Shown here piece by piece: positions 29,260 to 43,536 of a stretch of DNA of 64,000 nt. The stretch comes from Octopus vulgaris. Its lineage: Eukaryota. A model generated the notes under the pieces. It worked only from the letters and a program-made list of their open reading frames with translations. It was not told the DNA's origin and searched no databases. The stretch covers positions 21,452,001 to 21,516,000 of the forward strand of contig OX597817.1 of the NCBI GenBank assembly GCA_951406725.2. The letters run 5' to 3'. A program made the position numbers and the translations under genes. Each line of letters opens with the position of its first letter. Position 1 is the first letter of the stretch.

Positions 29260-30059
29260 TTATACTGTATATATTTGCATATTTATTTCCATATGTATGT
29301 ATGTGTGCGTATATATGCCTTTCTATATGTATAGCTGTGCGCATATACACGTATATTATACATAGATGTATGTGTGTGCATATATTTATATGCTTATATA
29401 AATGTGTGTATATATATATATGTTTCTTTTGGTATTTGTGTAACTGACTGGCTTTATAAACTACGCAAGAATTATTCAAATTATGTTGCATAGTTTCTCG
29501 AACATTCTCCCTCATTACTTGCCGACTATTTCAATCTTGAAATCTTTTGATGTGGAAAAAATATGTTAGGCCTGCCAAAACACAAATCGTTTTCTAAACA
29601 TTTATTCAAATTTAAGTTTAGGTAGGTAATCATATTCAATTTCCGAGGTGTCTCCTCCATTTCTAGAAGATCGACGTACCAGTATCGAAATACGGATATT
29701 AACTAATCAAAGCACTGACGTATTACGGATATTGACGTATCAGAAAAATATAAAAGAAAATGAAATAAATGATAGTAAGAAACAAAAGAATTCGGTTGAT
29801 CTATTTCGCAATTCTTTAATTCCCAAATCTCCAAGACACAAAATATTAAGAAAATGATGTCGTATATAATTTCTTTAGTCAACATATGCAATGTATTCTA
29901 TAGGTAAAATGTTCGTTTCGCAGCCACATGTTTCTGGATTCCATCCAATTCTGCGACACTTTCGGCATGTCCCATCAAATATATCTTCCGGCTGACTAAT
30001 TATTTAATCATCGGAGTTGTTAGAGGAATATACAAGGATGGCATAATTCGATTTAGTAT

Positions 30060-30298
30060 CTACTACTACAACCACCACCAACAACAACAACACCACCACC
30101 ACCACCCACCACCACCACCACCACCACCATCACACCATTATCCCATTATCACCACCACCACACCATCATCACCACCACCACCATCACCACCGCCACCACT
30201 ATCACCACCACAATCACCACCACCACCACATCACACCATCACCACCATCACACCATCACCACCATCACATCATCACCACCACCAACACTACCACTACT

Positions 30299-30360
<62 letters not shown>

Positions 30361-30372
30361 TACTACTACTAT
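30060..30372. repeat. Compound (ACC)n/(ATC)/(ACT)n trinucleotide tract
   Basis: Direct reading. Confidence 0.9.
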
Positions 30373-31014
30373 ATCTAATGGTACTATTTTACAATTCTTA
30401 ACAATAATTATAAAAATTACTATACTGATCATGAAAGCAACAAGTTTCCATATTATAAATACTGGCGTTATATACAAATATTTATATTATATATGTAAAT
30501 GCATACGTGTTTGTGTGTATGTGTATGTGTGCGCGCTCGCGTTTCTGTGTGCCACATGTGTGTATGGGTGTAGGTGCAATGGAACGCATGAGAATATGCA
30601 CGAAGAAATGCAACATGTTTCTCTATTACTTTTACATTCAAATATTTTTTTCTGAAAACACTAGATAAACACGAGTAAAACAGTGGAATGGTTAGACAAA
30701 TTAATACAGATTATAATATTTATCTCAGTTCAATGTTGTTTTTACCTTTAACATATCAATTTAGATAGTGTTTTGTTGAACGAATAATACAGTGTCTTGA
30801 ATGAAGAAATAAATTACGTGGTAGATTATTAGTAATACACGAATAATATTGTTCTAGATAAAGCATTACAAAACCTATACTCTTTTTATATCAGTTTTAC
30901 TTATCTGCTTCTAAACTTTGAATCAATGTGTTTACTTGTCTGAGATGCGAAAGAGAATAATAATTTCTGTTGCTAATACGATAAATATATATATATATAT
31001 ATATAACACTACAG

Positions 31015-31063
<49 letters not shown>

Positions 31064-31066
31064 TCA

Positions 31067-31173
<107 letters not shown>

Positions 31174-31710
31174 TTATGTATGTACGTGTGTATGCTGTGT
31201 TGTTATATTGATATACTTCTTTAATTGTGAATGTGCTTGCTTCATAGCCTACAATTTAAGGGGAAAAAATGTAGCACTATAATGCTTATGTTCGTGTAAA
31301 GCAGAGAAAATGATATTTCAGAGAAGCTATAAGCCGAGTAATTTATATCTATTGGTACAGAAACTGATGCCTAGATATATACTTTCATATAAATTTTACA
31401 CGTTATTTTGAGATAATAGATAATACACAGATGCATTTTGAAATCTTTTCAAATGTTTACTAGTTCGCCTTAAGATTTAAGGCAAGACTTTTGTTTGCGT
31501 CATTCTTGGTCTATTAACAGCTGAACCACGCCTCAATATTATACGTATTCCAACTGAGTAGAGTAAAATAGCTGTCCAAGAAAATTGAATATTGATGATG
31601 AAGAGTGACAGAGTGAAATATATTTTGGGGGAAATATTCCTTCATTGACAGCCATACAACTATCATAATTTATTACAATTATATACCGACAAAATACTTT
31701 GAAGTCGATC

Positions 31711-31952
31711 TTATAGAGGGAGACTGTAAGAAGCTCTTCGTGTATATATGTGTTTGTGTGTGTCAGTGTTTGTGCATGTGTGTATTTGTCTGTCACACTG
31801 CTTGATAGCCGGTGTTGGTCTGTTTACTTCCCCATAATCTACGAAAAGAGACCGATATTATAAGTGTTAGTATTTAGTTTTCGGACTAAACCCTTCTAAG
31901 GGATGTTCCATTATGGCCGCACTCAAAAGACCGAAGCAAACGTAAGGCAAAA
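31711..31952 (+). mobile_element. Old SINE family A, 3' part
   Basis: cttgatagccggtgttgg...aaaagagaccgata...atggccgcactcaaaagaccgaagcaa. Confidence 0.7.
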
Positions 31953-33440
31953 GGTATGTCAATGTTTCTAAATGCTATCTCTGAATACACCTTTCAAATT
32001 TTATCGGCATTTTATATATAATTTTAAACACGCTTATACACAAAACAATGCATAGGGCCATCCTTGTATATTCCTCTAACAATTCCGACGAATAAAGCAT
32101 TATATATATTAGATGAAACAAGCGTTTGCTGTTTTGTTGCGTGTATCTGTATTTTTTTACGAATATATTATACACACATAGACACGCAGATACATATATT
32201 TTATTTGCACGCATAAATTCTAATTAGCATAGTGAATGCATATGAAAGATAAATTTTACAGCTAACAATATGAATACAATCACATATGTAATGATGATAG
32301 AAATGGTGAATGAGTGTACTGGTTCTCACAAACTGATTCAGAGGAGACTGCAAACAGGGAAATGTCTTTGAATAAAACGTCACGAATTCACTAACGTTAT
32401 TCAACAAGCTGAAGAGCTTGATTGATTATTTTCTTTAAATAGTTCTTTTTTGTATTGTAAATTAAATATTGGTAAAGAATAGAAGAACAAAATCGATGAT
32501 AAATATGCGCTTTTTTATTAACACAACAACGTGTTACAACTTTAATAAAACATAACACTTTATAGAAAAATCAATTCCTGAATATGAAAATAGTGCATTG
32601 CATATGTTCAAAACATTGTCTGCTGCTAAATTAACTTTTCATTGTTTAAATTATCTGAAAGGTATCCCCCTTCTGCTCTCAGTTTTATCTTTGTATGTAT
32701 GTATCTATACATTATGAACGTATGTATGTAACTATCTGTCTATCGATTTAAATAACTATTTATCTATGCCTGCTTGTGTACGTGCGCACGTGTTTGTGTG
32801 TGTATGTGTGTGTGTGTGTGTCTGTCTGTATGGTATTATATTGTAGTGCTGATATTAGTATCTGCCACTTGTCAGATTTCAGGGAGTGTTGCTGGCCACG
32901 TCAACGATTCTTTGGATTTAATCGCTTATTGCATACAATACATGTTGACACAAATCGTCTGTGGATCAAATCTCACGCCAAGCTATTGTATATGTGGGGC
33001 ATGACTATCTCACGCCAATCTATTTTCCAACCTTTCAATATTAGACCTGGTGAAATCATACATTTTCATACAAAATGTGGTTTTACATTTCCTGTCAAAT
33101 AGATTTTTCGGGAAATATATTTCATTTGGTCTTCACTGAAAATAACTCAGTTTTGTTACTCTTGTACATGTTAGCCCACAGAAATTAAGTACATTATAAT
33201 TGTCTTACATTCTTTTATTTTTGTTAACCCTTAGTAAGTCAAACGCTAGCTGGCAGTAAATTTAAGTCATTCATTATGTCATTAAATAGACATTTCTTTT
33301 CCAAGTAGAAAATAATTTCTACTGATATTGATAGCCACACCTAATGTCTTAAACCAGTTTATTACTATATATTATTACACACATGTGAGTGAGAACACTT
33401 TGAGATATTTTTGGTAACTAAACATATGTTAGATACTGCG

Positions 33441-33735
33441 AGCGCTGCTTCTGATTGGTCAATCCATGGTGATGACCCGAGGTCACGGTGACAGCGTTGC
33501 TTCTGATTGGACAATCCATGGTGATGACCTGAGGTCACGGTGATGGCACTACTTTTGTCATTTAATAAGTTACAACTAAACGTGAAGAATTTATTTATTG
33601 GGTTTAATAAAATATGGTCGTTTATTCGTGTGTAATAAATAAAATACCAAACTCATTCCCTATGGATACCGTATAGAAGCCACTCGTTGTAATAAATACG
33701 GTACCCATAGGGAACTCGTTTGGTATTCTCTATTT
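33441..33735. mobile_element. Probable non-autonomous DNA element with a 52-bp tandem duplication and a 32-bp inverted repeat
   Basis: Tandem units 33441-33492 and 33493-33544; inverted arms 33643-33674 and 33696-33727. Confidence 0.55.
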
Positions 33736-35189
33736 TCTACATCCTCCACAATCTAGGCTAGTATGACGTAAGTAGTTTTGCCGAGACGAGGCCACGGAAA
33801 GAACTTCTTCGTTTCCCAACACAGAAACGAGCCGAACAGAAAACCAAGCAAAAGGGAGAAGGTATACGATCAATGCTTCCATCTCGGTAAACCTGAGCAA
33901 GAGATGCAATACCTACATTTTTTAATCCTAGAGATCGGCTAAAAGATTTCCGAACATCCATAATTACGTGGCTTGCACATGTATAGATGGTCTTTAGGAT
34001 TGAAAGTCTGCATATATTCTGAAACGAGCAAATCAAATATACGGCTGTACAATTTGCACGAAACTAACAGCTAGCTAATTTCTCACAAGTCTATGTTCCA
34101 GACACATTTTCTTACTGAGGACCTTTTGAAATAAAATGAAAAAAGATTTTAAAAAGGTAATTAAATGTATAAATATATAGAGAGGACAGTATTTCACAAC
34201 GAACCGCTTCCATGAGGAATCTATGTGGCAATATTATCAGACCTTAGAAATAGCAACAAATTCCCTTATGATTATATTATATTATTGTTATATTCATCTA
34301 TATCTAGTGGTGCATTTATTCTAAATTAACGTACCGGGCACGCAAAAATGCTTTATGTGACAGATCTACTCCCAAATAGCAAGACGTCTGTGAAATAATG
34401 ACAAACATTTCACACTGCTGGCCTTATTTGTAACAATCTGCTACGTCATATTACAATATACTACATCAAAAATAAAGTACGAGCCTGTGTATGTGTTTGT
34501 GTGTGTGTCAGATACACACTCATACACCACCACATGTGTATATATATATATATATATATAAACAGTTTTCCTTACTCTACCAAGGACGAACCAAGCATGC
34601 CAAGGACGAACATGGAGGCACTCTGGGTCAACTTGATATCTGCATCTTATCCAAGCATCCAAAGGACCCAACACTCAGTCAAATACAGGAGTACGTCCTC
34701 ATAAATGAATCTTCCCCAATACTAAATAGGAAATACGCATAGATATTCTATCATTGCTCCCTACACAGTTTACACAGGTAGAGTAGATTTGCTAGTGGGC
34801 TGTTATGTAGATAGATATTTGTATGCATATGGATATGAAAGTAAATAGATCAGCATACAGACGGTACAAAGGTTATATGAACAGAGAAGCACACATACTC
34901 ACAGATACACATTGAAGACTGAAACACATGACGTTATACAATTCACGCAAGGACACATATGGAGACACACGTACACACATATGGAGATGCACATACATAC
35001 AAACACGATACATAGTTGCAAAACATACACATACACACTCAGACATGCACACACAATGATACAGAGGTACATACAAACATATGCAAGCACATACACATGC
35101 ACACATATATAAAAGCACACAGTCACAGACACACAGACACACACACTCACACATGGACACACACCTATATATATATATACATATATATA

Positions 35190-35295
35190 AGACGGGCTTC
35201 TTTCATTTTCCGTCACTCCAAAAGCTTTGTTAGGCTTGAGGCTATTGCTGAATGACCTAATCGAAGGTGTCACGTCAGGAAGCAAGCTTCTTAAC
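35190..35295 (-). mobile_element. SINE family A fragment
   Basis: gacgggcttctttcattttccgtc...aaagctttgttaggcttgaggctat. Confidence 0.6.
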
Positions 35296-36333
35296 ACACA
35301 CACACATACACACACATGCACATACATATATATATATATATGTAAGTATATTTATATGTATATCAAGGAAATGATATTTAATATGTGTATTTTTTTAAGT
35401 AAAAGCAGCATATCTCGCAGCTATACATCTTCGAGAATCAAATAGTATCAACTAAATGTATAGAACATTACATTCCCTCTCTATTTCATACTTAACACTG
35501 ACCATTTTCGTTCTATCTACTGAAGCTTAACCTATATTGGAACAATTTGTGCTGAGTGTTTTTGATATGGTCTGTTTAAGTTTCCGATTCATAACCTAAT
35601 GATTTGTATTGGAATGTAAAATATAAAAGCAAAAACAGCAAATTTACAATGTTTGCTTTCTTTTCCACGTGCTACCTCTTGCTTGTTTACTTGCAATGTA
35701 CTCACAGACAAAGAACACATAAGAGTCATCCAGTTTTTGTCATTATTGACGTTGACGTGGATGTATTTGATAGTGAGTTTAATGCATATTGTTCTGTCAC
35801 TAGCAATGCACATTTCCCTTATGTACTGCTACGTAATTTCTTTTAGAAACAAAAGAAATACGATTCAGTGATCATTCGGATTATGATAATTTCGTTTGAG
35901 AGGGTTTTAAGTTTGATTTATCAACAGACGTAGAAGAAAATAATTTAGCAACTACAAACGAAGTACGGTCAGTAAAATATGGTTAGTTTTGTAGCTTTCA
36001 GTTCTTCCACTTGTAAGCACATACTCCATAACATGGTATTTGAAGTGTCTCCTTAGATGGTATAACAATAGTTTAAGAACGTGAAAATGATCGCAGATAA
36101 ATACCCACATGTGTGAATGTCAGTCGGTCCAAGATGATACGGTTATTGTGTTTTACACTTGTTTGAAAGAACTAGGTGTCGTAAGATAGCGTTGCATAGA
36201 ATGTGCAACATATAAAAAACAAAATTTTGCTGTCGATTTGATGACTCTACACAATAATTTTAGGTACTTCACGGCTTACACGTTATAAATACCAGAATGC
36301 TATCGTTAACGTAACTCCCCACAACAAAAGATG

Positions 36334-37027
36334 ACAAATATAGTTAGTCGTCAGTAATTTATCTAGAACGCAAAAAACGAAGTGAGGTGAACGAAATAGC
36401 AGAGATATCAGAAATGCTTAGTATGTTTTATCAGTAAGCTAGTTTAGAGCAAGTATATAAACAGTCTCGTAAACAATTATTTAGATTTACTCTTTTTTTT
36501 ATATGTTCGTGTTGTTACATCACAATTCCAATGATCATTCCTATGATCAAAGGCATTGAAGCTGTGACAATTCTGATGCATTTTCCAGGCAGTTGTCTCT
36601 TAAACAATGCATTCTAGCGAGGTCTTTTTTATATTTGTGAGGTGTAATTTAAGCGAGAATTGCCGCTTGACCTGATAAAAATATCGGTGAAAGTAGCGTT
36701 TCAATAGCGGGTTAACATATTTTCCGTGAATATTATTAACCTTTGGTCAATAAAAGTATAATTCATTTCTTTGTATTTTTTTCATTGCCTGTTCGTGTGT
36801 ATTTCTGATTTAAGAAGCATTACACGATATATAAAAGTAGATCTCCAGTAACATGACCTATTTCTGATCGCTAAAATTTATAGAAATCTGTCTGCATGAT
36901 GCACAGTTGGTTAAGTGAAACATACGGATAATTTCATAAGACATTATTATTCTGCATAGAATGGACAAAGCTGAATGTTTTTACTAACAACACCACCTCC
37001 ATCGTCCTCCTCCTCCTCCTCCTCCTC

Positions 37028-37110
<83 letters not shown>

Positions 37111-37744
37111 AACAAATATAGTTAGTCGTCAGTAATTTATCTAGAACGCAAAAAACGAAGTGAGGTGAACGAAATAGCAGAGATATCAGAAATGCTTAGT
37201 ATGTTTTATCAGTAAGCTAGTTTAGAGCAAGTATATAAACAGTCTCGTAAACAATTATTTAGATTTACTCTTTTTTTTATATGTTCGTGTTGTTACATAC
37301 AATGATCATTCCTATGATCAAAGGCATTGAAGCTGTGACAATTCTGATGCATTTTCCAGGCAGTTGTCTCTTAAACAATACTACTACTACTACTATCGGT
37401 GAAAGTAGCGTTTCAATAGCGGGTTAACATATTTTCCGTGAATATTATTAACCTTTGGTCAATAAAAGTATAATTCATTTCTTTGTATTTTTTTCATTGC
37501 CTGTTCGTGTGTATTTCTGATTTAGAAGCATTACACGATATATAAAAGTAGATCTCCAGTAACATGACCTATTTCTGATCGCTAAAATTTATAGAAATCT
37601 GTCTGCATGATGCACAGTTGGTTAAGTGAAACATACGGATAATTTCATAAGACATTATTATTCTGCATAGAATGGACAAAGCTGAATGTTTTTACTAACA
37701 ACACCACCTCCATCGTCCTCCTCCTCCTCCTCCTACTACTACTA

Positions 37745-37791
<47 letters not shown>

Positions 37792-37800
37792 ACTGCTGCT
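36334..37800. repeat. ~780-bp tandem duplication (copy 1 36334-37110, copy 2 37112 to about 37800)
   Basis: Both copies start acaaatatagttagtcgtcagtaatttatctagaacg and end in (cct)(act)(gct) arrays; near-identical apart from a few indels. Confidence 0.93.
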
Positions 37801-37801
37801 G

Positions 37802-37849
<48 letters not shown>

Positions 37850-37948
37850 ATAATAATAATAATACTGATGATGATAATAATAATAGTAATACTAATAATA
37901 CTGATGATGATGATGATGATAATAATAGTAATAATAATAATAATAATG

Positions 37949-38011
<63 letters not shown>

Positions 38012-38025
38012 GTAATAATAATAAC

Positions 38026-38058
<33 letters not shown>

Positions 38059-38060
38059 CA
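37715..38060. repeat. Compound trinucleotide array (CCT)(ACT)(GCT)(AAT)(GAT)
   Basis: Direct reading. Confidence 0.92.
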
Positions 38061-38925
38061 TGCAGTAGCTCTTTCTCTGCAATATCATATATCAATAGAT
38101 AGTGTGCAATCATTTGTGATAGATTGATAATAATATATTTCGAATATTCCTGTGAGTGGTGGGATTTGAAAAAGAACCAGTTCCGAGGAAATAGATTAGA
38201 AAAAGCTTTTAGACGAAAGCGTGTTCTTGACAAGTATAAGAGCAGAAAGCCATTCACTAGCTGCTTAATTGTTCTTATTTTCTTCTTTCTTGCACTAATA
38301 CATCACACGTGTGAAAACTCAGAGTTCGCGCATGAGCACACATATACACACGCAAGGCAAGTACATAAAAAATTACATATAGCAACTTGAACGAACTGCA
38401 TTTATATATATACAGACGTGTAAGTGCAAACATGTTACACACGTATGTCGGTATGGATTTATAAGTCTATGTGCACATGTATATTTGTATGCATAAATCT
38501 ACAGAAGAACGCAAGTGGATATATGAAGAACTGTAGCGAATTACCTTGAAAAAAATTACCTTAAGATTGTGTCTGAATGTAATTTTTGCCTCTTTCTACA
38601 CAGATCTCATTCGTATCAGTTGTACAGCGTAAATCGTCAATTATACACCCGCGTACACACACACACACACATACACACACACACACACACAAACACACTC
38701 ACACATACATAAATACATACACACACACACACATGCACACACAGGTACACTTATGAATGAAAGAGAGACATATATCAGTTTTACTTATTCGAGAATATTT
38801 TATTGGGTATTTCTATTCTCACGTTTGTAAATACACATGCATACTCACTCATAAACATCACACATACACACACACACACTCATGCACACATATCCTCGTG
38901 CGAACACATACACACATAAAATATC

Positions 38926-39003
<78 letters not shown>

Positions 39004-39005
<2 letters not shown>

Positions 39006-39368
39006 TGCAGGAGTGGCCGTGTGGTAAGTAGCTTGCTTACCAACCACACGGTTGCGGGTTCAGTCCCACTGCGTGGCACCTTGGGCAAGTGTCTTCTGCT
39101 ATAGCCCCGGGCCGACTAATGCCTTGTGAGTGGATTTGGTAGACGGAAACTCAAAGAAGCCTGTCGTATATATGTATATATATATATATATGTGTGTGTG
39201 TGTATGTTTGTGTGTCTCTGTTTATTACCGTCACTTAGCGGTTCTGCAAAATAGACCGATAAAATAAGTACTAGGCTTACAAAGAATAAGTCCTGGGGTC
39301 GATTTACTCGACTAAAGGCGGTGCTCCAGCATGGCCGCAGTCAAATGACTGAAACAAGTAAAAAGAGT
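39004..39368 (+). mobile_element. SINE family A with a small internal deletion
   Basis: ggtgcaggagtggccgtgtggtaagtagc...gactgaaacaagtaaaagagt, directly after a long (TA)n. Confidence 0.92.
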
Positions 39369-39487
39369 ATATATATGCATGTTCAGTTATCTCCACGTGT
39401 ACCATTGCTTATGCGTGTGCGGTATTGTATATATGTGTGTTTCTCTGCGTGTTCTCTTTGATAAGTGATTATATGAATAACGACTAA

Positions 39488-39680
39488 GGTAGCAAAACGC
39501 TTTGTGGTAACTCGTCCGCTTTTTACATTATGTGTTCAAATTCTGCAGAAGTTGTCTTTGCTGTTTTAATATTCCGAGGCCGATAAAATAAGTACCAGCT
39601 GAAGTGAGTACTAGGATCAGTGTAAATGTGTTACCCCCAACCCTGAATTTGCTGGACTTGTGACAGAATTTGAAATTAAC
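39488..39680 (+). mobile_element. Old SINE family B-like copy
   Basis: gttcaaattctgcagaag...gccgataaaataagtaccag. Confidence 0.6.
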
Positions 39681-41772
39681 ATTAATATCGTCGAACTACA
39701 ATACAAGCCTACCAATTTTAAGAGTCATAGTCATTTATTTTAATAGTTGTTAATTAGTCATAAAATATGAAGAAAACCCATTTCAACTCACATAGGGAAA
39801 TCAACATAAAAAAATACTATAAATCTTTAATGTGATATTCTACAGACATTACTGTTATCTAACTTAATTAATAATTGTTTATATTTTTATGTGCACACAA
39901 TGCATGACATACTGAGGAGGGGATAATGCAGGCCACAGTTCTTGACTAATACTTTATATAAACGGTCGAGAATGCATGAACGGAGAAATTAACATCCGAG
40001 AGACTTGGATTCCCAGTGTACAAGAGGTGGGGGAAATACCGCAAGACAAATGTTTACCTCAAGTCCAATACTGTACCGACCTAACTGGTTTCTAACTCGG
40101 TCAGCAATTTTGCTGGGAAGACCTTCGTCAATACGTTCGACACCAGTGTTTCACTGGTGCTATTTTCTTCATCAAGGAAATGGAGATCCTTAAATAGAGT
40201 GACCTGCACTAAGAGCATGCATGGATGTTACTAAACACCTCATGATGCTTCGATCGGTTGTCTTGAAATTTCGCCACATACAACTTACGATAAACAAATA
40301 TCTGGGAAAAAAAAAGAACATTATATTGAAAATGATAAATTAATAATGAAGTTCCATCTGTCAATAACCTTACTTAACCTTTGTACACTTGTGTATCAAG
40401 GGAACAAAAGTTGAAGAGTTCTGTCTATAAAAAGAGAATATTATAAACGAAACGGGAAAGAAATAACAATAAAAATTTAAAAAAAACATTGATAAGGAAA
40501 AAGTAAAACAAAATGCCAATCGTGTTTGCTTACTTTTTTAATTATTTTTATTTGAGGAAACTTTTTTTCTAAAGTTAAAATACTCTACTTAATGTTATTC
40601 CCTTCTTTATTTGCTCATTTCAAATATTTATATTTTATTGTATATATTTATATCATGTGAATTTATCAGTGACGTTTTCGAGATTAAGCTGGGATAAACA
40701 GTTTACTCTTATGAGATGCTTCTTTTCTTTCCGTCATTTCGGATTAAATTCTGCAAAAGTACTGAACATTTCCAAGGAATTGGTAGCTAGTGGGATGGTG
40801 GTAGGCAAACCTTTGGGGATTTGGAAGAAATGTTCGGTAATGTATCTAAATAAAGAAGTTGGAATGAAAGCAGTAAAGAAGAGAACAAATACATTTGCAA
40901 TGCTGATCAAAAGCAGGAAGATTTCTTGTAAAAGAAGAGATAGTTGGAAACTTAGTAAACGATAATGTATGTATATTTGAGAGTTGCAGAGAAGGAATCA
41001 GATTGTAATTCTCATCTTTCTAGAGACGCGGATGTTGATATTGATATTTATGGATATTACTAGAGATAGATGTAAATGTGGATTTTATTCAAACGAAATG
41101 AGTTACAACAAAATGTCACTAGATTAATATATTGACTTAAACCGTACTTAAATGAAAATCCTTACAAGAGCACCATCGCCACCCGTAACCCCTAACAGAA
41201 GCAGAAACGTAACCATCACTCACACTTAAAAGAGCTTCCAGCTCTAATGCCAGATACACACAGCTTGCTATTCCACTACCACTTCCTAGTCAAATGTCAA
41301 TTATGTATGCGTTTGAGGAGTTTTAACCTAGTATTGTAAGGATAAAGATTTTGCTAAGAAGCGAAGTGTCTCCCATGAGAACATGCATCATTGTTGGAGA
41401 TATAATTACAAAATCACAAATTAATTAATCCGTTTCACCTTTAGACACATCGGTAATACTGTAGCAGAAACAGATGGGGAAACCAGAATTCTTCATTTAT
41501 TACGGTGAGGAGATTTGAGCTTGTTAATAGACTCAATGCATATTACAACAGAGCATACAAGGAAAATGTATAAGCACATGCAAGTGTGTTTGTGTATACG
41601 TAACTAAATTCACATATTCGGTCAGGTTTCAAATTGATACTTTTTATACAGTTCGTTAACATCTGCAACTACTCCTCACTCACACACATATAAAAGTATA
41701 TATATATTTATGTGTGCGTGTGTGTATATGTATTATATATATATCATATATATATCATATATATATATAGAT

Positions 41773-41854
<82 letters not shown>

Positions 41855-41878
41855 ATATATATGTATTTAGATAATCCT

Positions 41879-42088
41879 ATCAGGTGGTGCTATTAAGTTA
41901 GACATGCCCTGGACCAATCTTTGATCGAAACATAACTACTTTTTATCCAAGTTTTATATATATTATATATATATATGTATGTATATATATAAGTGAGTGT
42001 ATGTATATATACTCTGATACTTTCATACCTTGATAGGTTTCGGTTAGTTTAGGCCCACGCCATGACTAACTTAATAGCACCATCTGAT
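41879..42088. repeat. Inverted repeat (26/28 identical core arms) around a (TA)-rich spacer
   Basis: atcaggtggtgctattaagttagacatg at 41879-41906 versus catgactaacttaatagcaccatctgat at 42061-42088. Confidence 0.8.
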
Positions 42089-42411
42089 GAAGTAATTCAA
42101 ATCAAGATTCGGTAACGATATTCGACTCAAGTATTACATTCCGGTGACTGAATATCGCATATTTTGGTATATCGCATGAACAGCTATAAGACTTTGAGCT
42201 TTTCCAATAATAATAATGTATATGACTGGAGATGTTTGTCTTGGCTTCACTGTCTTGTTCTCATTAACAATTATATATCCCTATAGGGGAAATTTATAAT
42301 AGTTCCATAAGTCTCGTGTCTGTTATAACCTTGGAGACCGGCTAATCCATTACAGCGCTTACTCAGCGTACCTAGTCATGTAGATCACCTGTAAAGTAAA
42401 CACCCATATGT

Positions 42412-42455
<44 letters not shown>

Positions 42456-42474
42456 TGTGTGTGTGCGTGAGCGC

Positions 42475-43041
42475 GTGTGTATAGTTGGCGATTTTCGTTC
42501 TCTGCATTCCCTTCTTTGGACGTTTTACTCTTTACTTGTTTCAGTCACTTGACTGCGGCCATGCTGGAGCACCGCCTCCAATCGAGCAACTCGACCCCGG
42601 AACGTATTCTTTGTAAGCCCAGTACTTATTCTATCGGTCTCTTTTGCCGAAACGCTAAGTGACGAGGACAGAAACACACCAGCATCGATTGTCAAGCAAT
42701 GCTAGGGCGACAAACACAAACATACACGCACACACACATATACATATATATACATATATACGACGGGCTTCTTTCAGTTTCCGTCTACCAAATCCACTCA
42801 CAAGGCTTTGGTCGGCCCGAGGCTATAGTAGAAGACACTTGCCCAAGATGCCATGCAGTGGGACTGAACCCGGTACCATGTGGTTGGTAAACAAGCAACT
42901 TACCCACACCCACTCCTGCGCTTTTTCTATATTTCTGATGAAGATCCCCACTCGAAACGTGAAATCCTCTTTCTTTCCTTTCCTTTCCTGAGCGTCCAAT
43001 AACACTGTACTTTTTCCACATCCTCGCGTTGTTGCTATTTG
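42475..43041 (+). mobile_element. Penelope-like pLTR fragment (family HH-B), split by a SINE A insertion
   Basis: 42475-42523 plus 42922-43041 rejoin into the reverse complement of 4420-4580. Hammerhead motif attt-CTGATGA-A-GA..TC-GAAA-CG-TG-aaat at 42931-42965. Confidence 0.75.
42524..42921 (-). mobile_element. SINE family A, full length, nested in the HH-B element
   Basis: Reverse complement of the family A copies along its whole length. Confidence 0.92.
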
Positions 43042-43401
43042 TTACTATCGCCCGGCGTTGCTCAGGTTTGTAAGGGAAATAACTATAAAGCATTTTTGAG
43101 AGTTATAGCCAAAAAATACAAAAAATGGAAAAAAATGATGGTAAATTTTTTTTGAGAGTTAAAAAAGGTCGAGTTGCGTCCCCTAGACAGTCTGTGGTTT
43201 GTGTTTCTGATTCTCGACCCCATGTCGAATTTATCGATTTTCTTCAGAACTGGGGGAACTTTTCAAAATTTTCGCTGCGTTAGTTTTGAATTATGACATT
43301 GGGCTATGTGTGTGTCAAGTTTCATCAGAATCGGTTGAAAGCCGTGGTCAGGGTGAGGTACAACCAAACAGACACACAGAAACACACACAGACAAACTGC
43401 C

Positions 43402-43415
<14 letters not shown>
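43042..43415 (-). mobile_element. Non-autonomous Helitron-type element
   Basis: Minus strand begins (ta)n-aacggcagtttgtctgtgtgtg and ends in the GC hairpin cctgagcaacgccggg; internal aagtttcatcagaatcgg resembles motifs in such elements. Terminal CTAG not retained. Confidence 0.65.
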
Positions 43416-43449
<34 letters not shown>

Positions 43450-43451
<2 letters not shown>

Positions 43452-43530
43452 GATAGGCTTCTTTCAGTTTTCTTCTACCAAATCCATCCACAAGGCTTTC
43501 TTTCGTCCGAAGCTATAGTAGAAAACATTA
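43450..43530 (-). mobile_element. SINE family A fragment
   Basis: ggcttctttcagttttcttctaccaaatccatccacaaggc. Confidence 0.75.
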
Positions 43531-43536
43531 ACTCGA

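Noticed and set aside
33441-33544. Direct repeats as a possible CRISPR array
   Set aside because: Only two contiguous units, no spacers, eukaryotic context
33755-34030. YDVSSFAETRPRK resembling an RTE endonuclease motif
   Set aside because: Only one short motif; too weak without a search
37645-38257. Poly-I/S/L/V/Y ORFs
   Set aside because: Trinucleotide array
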